DNA of 57,704 nt from Chiloscyllium plagiosum (Eukaryota), in assembly GCF_004010195.1 (NCBI RefSeq), contig NC_057757.1:699759-757462 (forward strand). Direction: 5' to 3'. This document shows positions 12,946 through 26,605 of this stretch, one piece after another; position 1 is the first letter of the stretch; every line of letters starts with the position of its first letter. Under the pieces are notes generated by a model. That model had not been told where the DNA came from and made no database searches. It saw only the letters and a program-made list of their open reading frames with translations. The translations under genes were made by a program, and so were the position numbers.

Positions 12946-15011
12946 CCAGAGTCACGAGAAGCCACAGCCAGCACCACACAACAGCAGGTGGGTTTTAACT
13001 TGAAGTCAGTTTTGACCTGCTAACCACCTCCTTCCAGGGGGGGCAAAAACCCACAAATGGCTCAAGTGGTTGACATCTGAAAGTTTGAAATTCTCATCTT
13101 GGTTAAATCCCTTGTCTCTTGCCAAGCCCTCTCCATTGCAATGCCTACTTCCAAAGTCAATCATAGTGTTTGGCTTATCAGAAACTCAGACATGAAGCAG
13201 CTTCCTTCTCCTGTTACTGATAGACAGTTTCCAGCAGGTTCAGGCTGGGGACCATGGGCAGGCATGCATTCAGTTGCCTGAAATTCCCTTAAACTCGGTT
13301 CCTTTACATTTTGAGTAAGCTATCTTAATGGCTCAATGTCAAAAATTTTGTTCCCAGTTGCAGGGCAATGTGTTAAGTGGCGCATATAAATGTGAACTGT
13401 TGCTGCTTGTTGGGAGTTAGATTCCATAAACAGGCTAACCGAACCAGATACTGTTAGACAGAAACCTTCCAGCCCCAAAAAGGATTATGCATTACAGTCA
13501 TGTTTCCAAAATGCAAAGTCTCTCAGTTATCAAAATTATTTAATGCACAGATTAATAATGAAATGTAGCCCTTGGTCAGTCAGTTCAAATAGATTCATTA
13601 AGTTGATCAATACAAAAAACTTTAAAGAGACAGCAGTGGATCAGAAGATTAATTCAAACTAGAACCATTCACAAGTTTATCAATCTCCCACAGGAAGTTC
13701 ATAATGAACACAAATGGATCTTTGAGAAGATGCCCATGTATGAAGTACAGAGAACCATGGCCCCAGGTTTTAGCTCTGTCAAAGTGTTCCTGTTAGACAA
13801 AGGAACACAAGGTGTCGGCAACATTAGCCAATCCAAAAGGGCACAAAGCATTCCGTAAAGCAGAACCCAAAGTCCGGAGCTTCAGCCTCCTGGGCATGAG
13901 CATGAGAGAGAAAGCTTGGGGTAACCTGGAAGATAGATCACCATTGAAGGGTAAAATGATGGCTCATCTCACCCACAATATGTACAGAGTCAACTGCGCA
14001 ATAATTTCAAAGTTCAAATTCTAACTGGGGAGCAAAGTTTTAGATAGATAGACAGATACAAAATGAGAGATTGACAGCTCAGCTGCAAGTTGACACCTTT
14101 GCGTAAACATAGGCCTTGAGGGGCTAAGACCTGCTGAGCGCCACACTGAAACCCAGATGACAAATTTGCAGTCAAGTGGTAGGTTAGTCTTAAATTACAC
14201 ACCACTGCATTCCTTGCAAATAATTTCAGGAATGCAATTAAGATAGCCCATCCTTCCACGAAAATAAAAGGGAGACTTTGATTTGACACACTGCAGATGT
14301 TTAGTAGCAAGTATCACCCGAGTAAACAAATTCAGCCCATGTGCTTTGTCCTTCGAGCTCAGTACCTGGGTATAGGTAAACTGAAAAGGCACTGGGAATG
14401 CCCAGATTGGCCAGAAAGGCAGAGGGAAATTGGACTGAACCACTGGTTTGCCAGCACTTGATTTTACAGTGTTCAAGTTATCATGAAAGTTCAGCAAAGC
14501 AGCAAAATACAGACAGCATGTTTAATGATACTCAGCTAACAGTGAACATAAGAGGTGCATACCTACTAAATCAGCTTGGCAGTTAGAGAACTGGAGCACC
14601 TTAGCCAAGCACGTCAACACTGATATGAGGAATGTGATGAGAACTTGTTCTGCTCTACCCAAAAGATGAAGGGACTCCCATACTATTCCTTTCAAAGTAA
14701 CAAAGCAAATTAATGCAACAAGGTTTCAAACATCACAATGTCAACACCTGGTGCTCTCTCTTCAGTAAGAGGCAGCGCTAAACCAAAAGCAAAGGATACA
14801 CAAAGTGCAATCCCAGTTTTTCGCTCTGCAAATCTGGATGGATTAGGTTAGCTTTTTTTGAAGTCAGTCAGTATAGAAAAGCCATTCAAAGCATCCTCAG
14901 TACTCAAAATCCAACGAAGCATTAGCTTCCCATTCCCACCCTTCATGATGTGATGGGATGAATAAGCTGTAACAAGCAAAAAGCAGCATTAAATCCAGAT
15001 GGGAATTACAT

Positions 15012-15627
15012 TTGTTGTGGTTCTGTTCACCGAGCTGGGAATTTGTGTTGCAGACGTTGCGTCCCCTGTCTAGGTGACATCCTCAGTGCTTGGGAGCCTC
15101 CTGTGAAGCACTTCTGTGATCTTTCCTCCGGCTTTTGTAGTGGTTTGAATCTGCCGCTTCCGGTTGTCAGTTCCAGCTGTCCGCTGCAGTGGTCGGTATA
15201 TTGGGTCCAGGTCGATGTGCTTATTGACTGAATCTGTGGATGAGTGCCATGCCTCTAGGAATTCCCTGGCTGTTCTGTTTGGCTTGTCCTATAATAGTAG
15301 TGTGGTCCCAGTCGAATTCATGTTGCTTGTCATCTGCGTGTGTGGCTACTAAGGATAGCTGGTCGTGTTGTTTCGTGGCTTGTTGGTGTGGATAGATGCG
15401 GATCGTTAGCTGTCTTCCTGTTTGTCCTATATAGTGTTTTGTGCAAGTCCTTGCATGGGATTTTGTACACTACACTGGTTTTGCTCATGCTGGGTATCGA
15501 GTCCTTCGTTCTCGTGAGTTGTCTGAGAGTGGCTGTTGGTTTGTGCGCTGTTAGGAGTCCTCGTGGTCACAGTAGTCTGGCTGTCAGTTCGGAAATGCTC
15601 TTGATGTATGGTAGTGTGGCTAGTCCT
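15012..15627 (-). mobile_element. Penelope-like element 3' half: GIY-YIG endonuclease remnant plus terminal hammerhead (15050-15089)
   Basis: The minus strand reads NVVYKIPCKD..(frameshift)..HYIGQTGR, and its terminal region contains GCA-CTGAGGA-T-GTCACC-TAGACA-GGGGAC-GCAA-CGTC-TGC. Confidence 0.85.
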
Positions 15628-16605
15628 AAGTGCACAAACCAGACATCCCACTCAGACCCATAGTATCACTACCAGGGACACCATCACATAAACTGGCTAA
15701 AGAGCTACAGCAGAAACTGAAACACCTGATCAGTGGATCCACACACTCTATACAGTCAACACAGGAATTCTTGGACATCATCAGAAATATACACATAAGA
15801 CAAGGAAGAAACTATGGTCTCATTCGATGTAATGGCACTGTTCACCTCTATCGACAAAACCCTAGCCAGAGAAACAATAGCCAACCTGCTGGACATACAG
15901 AACAGACAACAGGACGGTGAACCTATCAACAAAGACAGCATACTCAAACTACTGGACCTGTGCCTCACAACACACTTCACATTCTACAACCAAATATATG
16001 AATAAATCAACGGCACACCCATGGGCTCACCCATCTCTGGACTCATAGCAGAAGCGGTAATGCAAAGATTAGGACAAACAGCCTTACCGCAAATTCAACC
16101 CAAACTCTGGGTCAGATATGTGGATGACACCTTTGTAATCATTACAAACACAAAAATAGAGAGCACACACTGGATCATCAACGCCACACTCACAGGAATC
16201 CGATTCACTAGAGAGGAAGAAAAGGACAATCAACTCCCATTCCTAGACGTGATGGTACAGAGAACACCTAAAGGAGAATTCACCACAAAGGTATACAGGA
16301 AAGCCACACACACAGACCAAGTCCTGAACTATGAAAGCAACCACCCCAACACACAAAAGTAGTTGCATCAAGACACTGTTCAAAAGGGCCACAACACACT
16401 GCAGTACAACAAAACTGCAAAGAGAGGAAGAAGAACACCTATACAACGTATTCGACAAAAACTGATACCCGCGCAATTTCATCAACAGATGTCTAAGGGA
16501 AAGACAACTGAACGAGGACATGCCGCAACCCAAAGGACTAGCCACACTACCATACATCAAGAGCCTTTCCGAACTGACAGCCAGACTACTGCGACCACTA
16601 GGACT
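15628..16605 (+). mobile_element. Penelope-like reverse transcriptase remnant (inverted 5' segment of the same insertion)
   Basis: Motifs HKPDIPLRPIVS, VSFDVMALFTSI, PMGSPISG, WVRYVDDTF, LPFLDV and VYRKATHT are present, broken by a frameshift and stops. Confidence 0.9.
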
Positions 16606-16956
16606 TCCCAAATTTCACAGAGGGAAGGTGAAAACTCATCTCCATATCTGAACCAAGACAAGAGGGCCAAGTAAGTGTTTACCACGTGATTTTCTTCTTT
16701 TTAAATGCAATCTATCCTAGACCAATGGGCTAGTAACCTTTGACTCCATTAAAGTCAAACCAAGAGGTAGATATTCAATCATTGGATGCTTTTTCCAATT
16801 AGATCATAGTTGACCTGCATCTTAACTCTACCCAGCTTAGTTCAGTAACTTAAAAATGTTTGTAATTGACTTTTGTGGGGGTAGGGGAAAGAGAAGAAAA
16901 GGAAAACAACAGTTGTGATGCTGCAACAAGACAGGAATTGTACCAAAGGTACATTC

Positions 16957-17050
16957 AGAGTCGAGAGTGTGGTGTTGGAAAAGCACATGTCAGGCAGCAT
17001 CCGAGGAGCTGGAAAATTGACATTTCGGGCCAGAGCCCTTTATCAGGGCA
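16957..17050 (-). mobile_element. Short PLE-type terminal element with decayed hammerhead
   Basis: The minus strand reads CTGATAA-AGGGC-TCTG-GCCC-GAAA-TGTC followed by ctcctcggatgctgcctgac. Related copies are at 4443-4535 and 26014-26110. Confidence 0.6.
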
Positions 17051-17670
17051 TTCAGATAACTTTAAATCAACAGGAAGCACAGAGCTTCTAGTTTCTACTG
17101 TGACCCATCAGGTTCACGATACCACACAGTGGGAAAGATCAAACCTCTCTACTTTTTTGATGGTTCAAAGGTCTCCGTACTCAATTACAATATTGGAAAC
17201 CTTTACATTTTTAACACACCATTTCTGGAATACATTTGAAACTGTGAAATAATTTGAAAAGTATGACAGACCAGGCTGGGAATTAATATTTAATCTAGCA
17301 CAGAAACCACATCAGCTTCAAGGATCCTATGTATTCAAAAAAAATCCAGCTGTCAACTGGAACAGAGAGATTTTAATTGGGTCAAATGGCTGCTTCCTGC
17401 AATCTTTCTCTTATTCCTCAAAAGGAAATTCACTCTTCCAAATAAACCCTACTAATTCAGTAATCCAATTCCAGAGATGTTAGCTAGCACTGGTGTCTTA
17501 TTCGAAAGACATTCATCCAGTTTAGAGACTGGACAGCAGCTGTCACTAAGATAGCTGACAGTTGGAAACTTCAGAATTAGCCTGGTGCCACCATCAGCAG
17601 TGAGCCACATTCTATCGTTCGAATCTAGCCCAGGTTCACAGTTGGAGCATAGTACCTGGAAGGTCAGTGG

Positions 17671-17975
17671 AGATTAGATTCCACACTGTAGGGAAACAGG
17701 CCCTTCAGCCCAACAAGTCCACACCGACCCTCCGAACAGCAACCCACCCAGACCCATTTCCCTCTAACTAATGCACCTAACACCATGGGCAATTTAGCCT
17801 GGCCAATTCGCCTGACCGGTACATCTTTGGACTGTGGGAGGAAACTGGAGCACCCGGAGGAAACCCACAGACATGGGAAGAATGTGCAAACTCCACATAG
17901 ACAGCCGCCCAAGGCTGGAATTGAACCTGGGTCCCTGGCACTGTGAGGCAGCAGTGCTAACCACTGAGCCACTGA
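17671..17975 (-). mobile_element. HE1/V-SINE, near full length
   Basis: tRNA-like head (CAGTGGTTAGC, GGTTCAATTCC), V-domain tggagtttgcacattct..gggtttcctccgggtgctcc, and TAATC tail. Confidence 0.9.
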
Positions 17976-20209
17976 AAGCTAGCCTGTGATCTGTGGGTTT
18001 GGAAGAATAAGCAGTGATCTCTTTGACGCAATCAAAATTCTTACTGGGATATACAATCATTGCAGATGACAGCCCTCTNNNNNNNNNNNNNNNNNNNNNN
18101 NNNNNNNNNNNNNNNNNNNNNNNNNGGGGGGGGGGGGGGGAAGAGGTGGTGAAAGCTGGCTGGGGAGCAGTGAGACGACAAAACAATCGCAATCAGAACC
18201 AGAGAAGAGAGTTCCAGAATAAAAGCATAGATCATTTAGGACTGCAGAAGAAAAGGAGGAGGAATTTCTTCAGAGGGTGATGGATCGTTAGAATTCTCCC
18301 AGGGGCAATGGAGGCTTAATGACATTAAAGCCATTTCTTTCATATTGAGAAAAAAGGGTTTGGGCAGTGCATGAAATCGGCAGAGATCCAGGTGGATGGT
18401 GGAGATTCTCAGAGCCGGAAGGACTACTTCTGCTCTGGTTTGGTGATTTGGCAAGGTGCTGAATCCCTGACCAAACCTCACCACCAAAATGTCAATTCAC
18501 ACCCAGCTCCTTCCCTTCATAGGAATCCACTGGTGTATACACTCAAGTCAGCTTGCATCTAGACCTTAAACACCATCAACCTATTGTGATTCCATAGCTA
18601 AACAGATGCTTAATTCTCTCAGCTAGGACTAGCTCAAGTTTTGGAGTTGTAATCATGTAGGAAATGCAGAGATCAGTTTGTACACAGCAATCTCCTGCAT
18701 GTCTCTATCACCTCATTGGCTGCTGAGAGAGTGCAAACTGAACCTGTGCAGCTGATCAAGGTGTAAAGGTCAGCCTCAGAACCATTCTGGTGAATCTGTT
18801 CTGCTTGCCCTCCAAAGCCAACAGCTCCTTCCCAGGGCACAGAACTGAATCCAGCTGCTCCAGAAGGGGCTGTCAAAACTAGCATCACTGCCTCCCCTTT
18901 ATATTCAGTCCCCTCAAGATATAGGCCAACTTTCTACCAGGTATCTAAAACAAAAATCCATTCATACGTTTGACATCTGCTAAATTTCTGATGTTGAAAA
19001 ACCAGGAACCAGAGAACATTCCAAACGCACGTTTATATGCGAACTAATAACTTTTCATGCCCATACACAGAACATTACAGCTGTCGTATAGGCCCTTCGG
19101 CCTCAATGTTGTGCCGACCTGTGGAACCCATCTGAAGTCTATCTTTCCGACACTATTCCATTTTCATCCACATGTTTATCCAATGACCATTTAAATGCCC
19201 TTAAAGCTGGCGAGTCTATTACTGTTGCAAGTAGTGCATTCCACGCTCCTACTGAGCAAAGAAACTACCTCTGACATCTGTCCTGTATCTACCACCCCTC
19301 AACATCTGAGCTCCATCTGCCAGAATTTCCCACTGGATTAATCCAATCAGCATTCTGTGACAATAACTTGGTTTCAAGAATAAAAAAAATTAGGATTAAG
19401 CAACACAATCTTTCCCCCTTGATTCAAAGATAATCTTAGCAGAAACCAGAATAGGACAGGGGTCAGACAAGATCTACCTAACTCCATTCATAGATTTAGC
19501 CATTTCAGGGATCCAAAATTTAAGATTATGCCTGAACACTTACAACGCAATATTCTGCCAGTGAGAAAGCAAGAGCGTGAGTTCTGACCAGGCAGGGCAA
19601 TGCCAGAGGCAAGAATAGGGGTACTAATCATGCCGGGCAATGAAGCCAATTAGGGTGTTAATAGCTAATCACTGGTTCACTTTGAGATTACATAATCCTT
19701 CCAGATTCTTTTAAACAACAATAGCTACCGCTGTCTAATCACTTGCAATAAGTCACTGAAGCTCAATGATGGAGATTGATAATTTACAGTTGGTAGCTGT
19801 CTCAGGTACAGAAACTGATCTGCACATTAGGATCACTACTACACACACAAAAACTCCCAAACACTTTCAGGGGGAAAATTGAATTATTTCCTGGTCACAA
19901 CTGTGTTCAAACTAGCTTAGCTCACCAGAAAGCCAATTAGCTAAAATTCTTGTATTTAAAAGGTACTAAAATGAAACTGTTTTATACTATCTGCAGTACA
20001 AGATCAATTCAAACAACTGTCTGCAATCTCGTGGACACAAAAGGCCAATTGTTATTTGAGGGGAGTTTTTGTGATAAAGCACCTTCAATGCATAAAACTT
20101 TCCCTTGAATCTTTAGGAACATGACCAATATTTGACACCAAGCCACATAATAACAGCTGACCTCAGGGCGAGAGGGATTTACAGATGAGGTGGTGCTTGC
20201 CTTTTTTTA

Positions 20210-20490
20210 AAATAGCTTCACAGGATGTGGGTGCCATTGGCGAGGCCAGCCTTTTGTTGGCATCTCCAAGAGTTAACCAGATTGAGGTGGGTCTGGAGTC
20301 GCATGTAGATGACCAGGTAAGGTCTAGCAGTGTCCTTCCCTAAAGGACATTAGGAAAGCAGGTAGACTTTTTAGACAATTGACAGTTGTTTAGATGACAA
20401 ATTCCATCTACTGCAGCTAGATTTGAACCCAGAACAATTCTGGGTCTCTGGGTGAATAGTCTAGTGACAATATTAGGCCATCACATCCCC
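20210..20490 (-). mobile_element. SINE family 2 copy
   Basis: Reverse-complement match to the 3755-4350 and 43159-43490 family. Confidence 0.7.
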
Positions 20491-22304
20491 GATAAAGACA
20501 ATTTGAAAGCAAGGAAGTGAATTTTAAAGTTGGGGCATATCCACACCAGGAGCCAGCGCTGATTAGCAGCATTGGCATCACGAGTGAACTGAACTGGAGA
20601 GCAAGGACACAGACAGTTTCAGAATGAGTTCAAACTCATGTCAGGAGGAGGAAGCTGGCTAGGTGCTTTTGAAAGGTACCAATGAAGGTTTCAGCAGCCA
20701 ATAATGTGATGCACAGACAGCTGGGGGCTTGCTGCGTGCAAACTGGCTGGTGCATTTCCGGCATTACAACAGTACAAGCTTTCATGTGCTGCACAGCGCA
20801 GTGCAACGCTGAGGCTACAAAAGGTCTTACAGAAATTCAAGGCTATCTTCCATCCCCTACCACTCAATTTGTACATGAGTGATTGGAAAGGAACGGATTG
20901 GCTGAACAGTGGTATTAATTTCCCAAACAGCCTGTAGAATTTGAGTAGTTTGAGGTTTATAAAATCAGCCTGGCTGGGCATCGGGATACATCAGGGAGAA
21001 AGTGAAAGCAAAGGAGAGGGGATGTTAATAACCCAATTCACATGCATGTGCAACATTGTTTAACCACAGCTAGTTTGGTTCAGATACTGCACAAAATTCC
21101 ATCTGTAACCTCTCGCAATGCATATTATTCCACGGATGCAGCAGCTCCACACAATACTCTTGTCACTTGTACATGAATACAGTGAAAAGTATACAAAGTC
21201 GCCATCCTAGGGCTAAAAGGCACCCAATTTCTAATGAAACGTGCTGCACGGAGAGTCACTTACTGAATCAGTGATGTGACGTCCACTGTCATCAGTCGAA
21301 CCCTGACCAGAGGGTATCATTTTGGGGAGTAAAGCAAACAGAGATGACAAGCAGTTGGGACTTGACAATCCCTTTACAATGGTGCTTTCACTCCATCGGT
21401 TAGACACAAGACTGTCTCAGCTTGACTAATCACTCGCTTTACAACATCTGTAAAAGGGAGCCCAGCACCGCATTGCCATGGTTACAGACAAGACGGCAGA
21501 ACAGATGGAAAACAGGGGAAGAATTTAAACACTTTGGATTCCCTTTACGCTCAGACATGTGGGAATTTACAATGGACAAATGAGCTTCGCAGACTTAACT
21601 TTTCATCTTTAGGCAAGCTAATCCTTGAAAATGGAGAGTTGTACCAATTTATATATTCGTTTCCTCATTACAAGCCTATTTAGTTCATACGTCATGATTA
21701 CACATGCAGTTGATTAAAAATATCTACCACCTCCTGAACCCAGACGTGACAGCAGCACTTCTCCCAGTAGCTCAGGCTGACAATGGGAGCCCACTGGCAA
21801 CTACTTAAAATTCCAGCTGCCCCAATACATCTCCCCACAAGCACCCTCCTGGGTTCTCACTGTGGAATTTGCCCGAATACAAAATGACAGCTACCTTGCT
21901 GAATTGCAGCCCTGCCCTCAGCTGACACTTTCCTTCCCCCCACTGGCTTTCTGAATACCCAGCATTCATGGCTGCAACCTGCTAGATTCAAATATCAGCC
22001 ATGGCGCAGACCACCCCCATACTGAGGTAAACAACACACAAGTGACTACATTGGATGCCTGCAAACTCAGTACAGAGCAGTGATGAAGCTGCATCATTCT
22101 AATAGACTGGCCCTGGCTGTGTTTTTAACCTGCAAAATCAGCAGGAAACCTGATACTTGAATCGTTAAACATGCATATATTCAGAATCAGCAAGGACCTG
22201 CTTTCACTGAAGATGGAGCACCTTTACACATCACTTTGCCCAAGGCACCACTAGAAACACTGTCAGAGGCTTCTCCATGTTCACTGCTTTCAATATCCAT
22301 TACA

Positions 22305-23020
22305 GTCAGAGTCATGGAGATGTCCAGCAGTCCAACTTGCCCATACCGACCAAATATCCCAACCCAATCTCGTCTCACCTGCCAGCACCCCCGATCCTCA
22401 TAGCCCTCCAGATGCCTCCCCAAATGTTGCAACAGTACTAGCCTCCACCACTTGCCCTGGCAGCCTACTCCACATTTACTGCCCTCTGCTTGAAAGGTTG
22501 CCCCTTAGGTCCCCTCTATATTCCTCCCCCCTCACCCCAAACCTATGTCCTCGAGTTCTGGACATCCCACCCCAGGGAAAAGACTGCCCACCCATCCCAT
22601 CCATGCTCATGATTCCACAAATCCCATAAGGTCACCCCTCAGCCTCCGACGCTCCAGGGAATACAGCCCCAGCCTATTCAGCCTCTCCCTATGGCTCAAA
22701 TACTCCAATCCCGGCAAAATCCCCACAAATCTTCCCCGAAACCCTCCCCAAGTTTCACAACATCCTTCTGATAGGAAGGAATCTAGAATTGCACGCAATA
22801 TTCCAAAAGTGACCTAACCACAGCTGCAACAGGACCTAACTCTTATACTCCATACTCTGACCAATAAGAGAAAGCCTATCAAATGCCTTCTTCACTATCC
22901 TATCTACCTGCGACTCCACTTCCAAGGAGCTATGAACCTGCACCCTAGGATCTTACCATTAAGAGTACAAGTCCTGCTAAGATTTGCTTTCCCAAAATGC
23001 AGCACCTCCATTTACCTCAT
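22305..23020 (-). mobile_element. CR1 LINE 3' fragment
   Basis: PGLEYLSHRERLNRLGLYSLERRRLRGDL, plus a CR1 3' tail (..ctccatgactct). Confidence 0.85.
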
Positions 23021-23214
23021 TTTAAAATGGGAAACCACATTACTGGATCCCAGCATCACGAAGACAGCCACACTGGTTAATGGAACAGATATGGCTGAAA
23101 TCAACTCTTAGAATTTTAAAGAATTCCTTCATGGGATACCAGCTTCGCTAGCATGGTCAGCATTTATAAGGGGGGAGGGGGAGGAGATTGACTGTGGGTC
23201 CTGACAGGCCCAGT

Positions 23215-26200
23215 AGCTCATATGATAGTAAGGAACTCAATTGAAATCCAAACTTCTGATCCCCTGCAGGAGGTGCAATTTGGCAAGCTTAATAAGAGGC
23301 TGCCTATGATGCCAGATGAAAGATCCAAGCCAGCTGTAAAGGCTCCGTAGTGCTTGCCTCGGCAGCAAAGGGAGCATTTGCACGGGATATAATAAACAAG
23401 GAAGAACATTCATTTTGACCAGAGCTATTCTTCCCAACCAGGATATTGAAAGATCCTCCCAGCGCCGAAGGTCCTGTCTTATCTTCTCTAGCAACTGCAC
23501 AAAGTTAGCTTGATATAATTGATTGAAGGCTGGGGTGACAAAAATGCCTAAATATAGGAAACCTCCCGGTGACCATCTGAAAGGGAAACGGGTTCCATCC
23601 CCAAAATTGGATATTCTAGTAAGGCCCCCCCATAGGCATAGCCTCTGACTTCAGAAAATTAATTTTGTACCCTGAGAACAAACCAAATAGATGAATCGCT
23701 TGTATTAAACGGGGCACAGATGCTATCAGATCAGTTACAAAGAGAAGAACATCATCCGCATAGAGGGTGATCTTATGCCTGCCTGACCCTACGACCGGGG
23801 CAGTTATATTGGGGTCCCTCCAGATGGCCCCCGCCAACAGCTTAATCACCAATGTAAATAATAGAGGCAAGAGAGGGCACCCTTGATGTCTGCCTCTGCC
23901 GATACTAAAATTGCCCAACCTAATACCATTAGTGAGAACCAATGCTTTAGGGTCACTATATAACACTGCCATCCACTTGGCAAAGACCCCTCCAAGACCA
24001 AACCGCTCCAGTACATAAAAGTGATACGGCCACTCCATTCGGTCAAACGCTTTCTCTGCATTCAAGGAGACTACCAAGCCCGGAATCGACCCTTGCTTGC
24101 ATACCTGGATCATGTTTCATTCTCTTCCCATATTATCAGTAGACCTACGACCCTTGATAAAACCTGTCTGGTCTTCCTTATGAAGCAAACCCTCACCAAC
24201 CTTAACGTCAACATTTTCGACAGAATTTAAAAATCCACGTTCAGTAATGATGTGGGCCTGTACAATGTGCAATCCGCTGGGGCTTTCCCTTTCTTAAGAA
24301 AAAGAAAAATATGTGCTTCTCAGAGAGGATGGGAGGCAGTCCTGACTGTATGAGTTGTTGTACATATCCAACAGTGGCCCGGCCAGCATGTCTGTAAACT
24401 CCTTATAAAATTCACTTTGAAATCCATCAGGGCTGGGCGCTTTACCACACTGGAGCTGCCTCACTGCCTTCTGTATTTCCTGCATTGTCAGGTGGGCATT
24501 CAGAAAGGACGTCTGTTCTGAAGTTACACCCAGAAGGTCCAGGGTCTTAAAAAAGGACTCCATCTTCATCAATCTGTCCTCACAGCCCTCCGACCGGCTC
24601 AGCTCAGAGTAGATCTTCCTAAATGCTGCATTAATCTTTTTGGCATTGTAAGTAAGACTACCAGCACACTCTCTGATGGATGTGATAGATTGGGGAGCAT
24701 TCATTTTTCTGGCCAAGTACGCTAGATATCTACCCTGTCTATCACTGTACTCAAATAGCCTCTGTTTTGCAAAAGAGATTTCCCTCTTTGCTGGCTGGGG
24801 GAGCTCACCATTCAAAGTAGCCCTAAGGGCTGTAATCCGCTGCAACTTGGTTACAGACGGTCTGTCATAGTATGCTAACTCAGCTGCCTTCAGGCGAGCC
24901 TCAAGCGGACACTCTCCCCTCTGCCCCTTCCAGGTCGCTGAGTAAGAAATAGCCAAACCCTGTGCATAGACCTTGGCAGTCTCCCAGAGCACCAACGGAT
25001 TACTGGCCGTACCCGAATTAATGGTCACAAAAGATTTTAAAATCCCGGGAAAAATACTCTATAAATTTGCTATCTTTCAAGAGGAAAGGATCCATGTGGC
25101 AGTGCCGCGAGCCCATCCCACTACCACCGGCCTTGATCTCCATGTACACTGCCACATGATCAGCAATGGCTATGTTCCCTATTCTGCAAGTTAGCACCGA
25201 ATTCAAAAAGGTCGATGGAACAAAAAAACATCAATCCTAGTGTAGCATTTATGTGGGTTAGAGAAAAAGGTGAAGTCCCTCCTCTCAGGGTGAAGACATC
25301 TCCACACATCCACCAACCCCAGCTCCCTGTTCAGGACCACCAGCTGCCTGGATAGCAGGGACATACCCATGGCATCCTATCCATTTTGGGGTCAATGAGA
25401 TGATTAAAGTCTCCCCCTATAATCGTATGACATGCCCCAAGGGCCATCAACCTGGAGAGCGCATCCATTAAAAATTTGAAGGGATGTGCCAGGGGGCAGT
25501 ATACATTCAGAATCCCATATTCCTCTCCATGTGTTAAAGCTTTAAGAATTATAAACCACTCATATTCATCCTTAATTTGCTCTAACATTTGAAATGGAAG
25601 ATTCTTCCGATTGAGAATAGGAACTCCTCTACTTTTCGAATTAAAGGATGAGAAAAACACCTGGCCGAACCCTCCCTGCTGCAACTTCAAGTGCTCCTTA
25701 TCAGTTAAATGTGTTTCTTGCATTAAGGCTACATCGACCCTCACTTTTCTAAGGCTTGAAAGTATCTTTTTTCTCTTAACATTCCAGGTGCACCATTTAA
25801 ATGAATGGCTACCCATAGCCATCCGAAACAGTCTGTGACCCCCTGGGAGGAAGAACCCCACACATAGCGCGCTGAGTGGAAACAATAAACAGTTCATATC
25901 AATTTAAAAATACAACTTCCAAAATTACCAAATCAAAACTTCTAACAGCTACTTCTACAAAAGACCAACAGATGACACAAATGAAAGGAGATTTTCCTTC
26001 ATTCAGAATTCTATTCCTGATGAAGGCTTTTGCCCAAAATGTCCAAAAGCTGCCTGACCTGCTGTGTTTTTCCAGCACCACTCTAATCTGGTTTCCAACA
26101 TCTGCAGTTCTCCCTTTTGCCAAAGGAGACTTTCCCCCTTGCCCACTAACCCCTCCATGGCTCCTTCTAGCTGAAGCCATGCCCCAGCCCCAGTAAACAC

Positions 26201-26400
26201 AAAGTGAGGAAAAGTTACACACATCTTATAACAAGAAAGTTAAAAGTGGGCACTCAACCCGTCCCCTTCATACTGTAACCCTAGGCAGAACAGAAATATA
26301 TAACCTCCTCTGCCTCCCCCAACCACAACCCCCTCCATCTCATCCAGAAGAGAAAAATAAAAGGAAATGATAAGAAAAAAAAGGGAGAAGGGGGGGGGGG
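23215..26400 (-). mobile_element. L1-clade LINE, ORF2 pseudogene (APE endonuclease + RT) with inter-ORF region
   Basis: ORF2 starts at ~25822. APE motifs: TWNV, ALMQETHL, SRGV, GGDFN. Linker: WETAK, KAPSPDGF..EFYK. RT: LNAEKAFDR, QGCPL, YADDVLL. Then LSISWLGRIALVKMNVLP. It carries multiple frameshifts. Confidence 0.92.
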
Positions 26401-26419
26401 GAGAGAGGGGAGTGATTCG

Positions 26420-26605
26420 GAGGGGAGGGTGATGGACAGGTAGGGCAGGTTAATAGGGTGGTGCAGAGTTGGAAGGTTGGATCAGGGATGTGCTGGGGGT
26501 GGGATTTGAAAACTGGTGAAGTCTATGTTGATGCCGTGTGGTTGGAGGGTCCCAAGGTGAAGGATAGGGCTTTCCTCCTCCAGGTGTCAGGTGGCCCAGG
26601 ACTTG
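26420..26605 (-). mobile_element. PLE GIY-YIG C-terminal remnant
   Basis: The minus strand reads LEEESPILHLGTLQPHGINIDF, resembling the PLE ORF end, followed by a C-rich 3' region. Confidence 0.55.
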
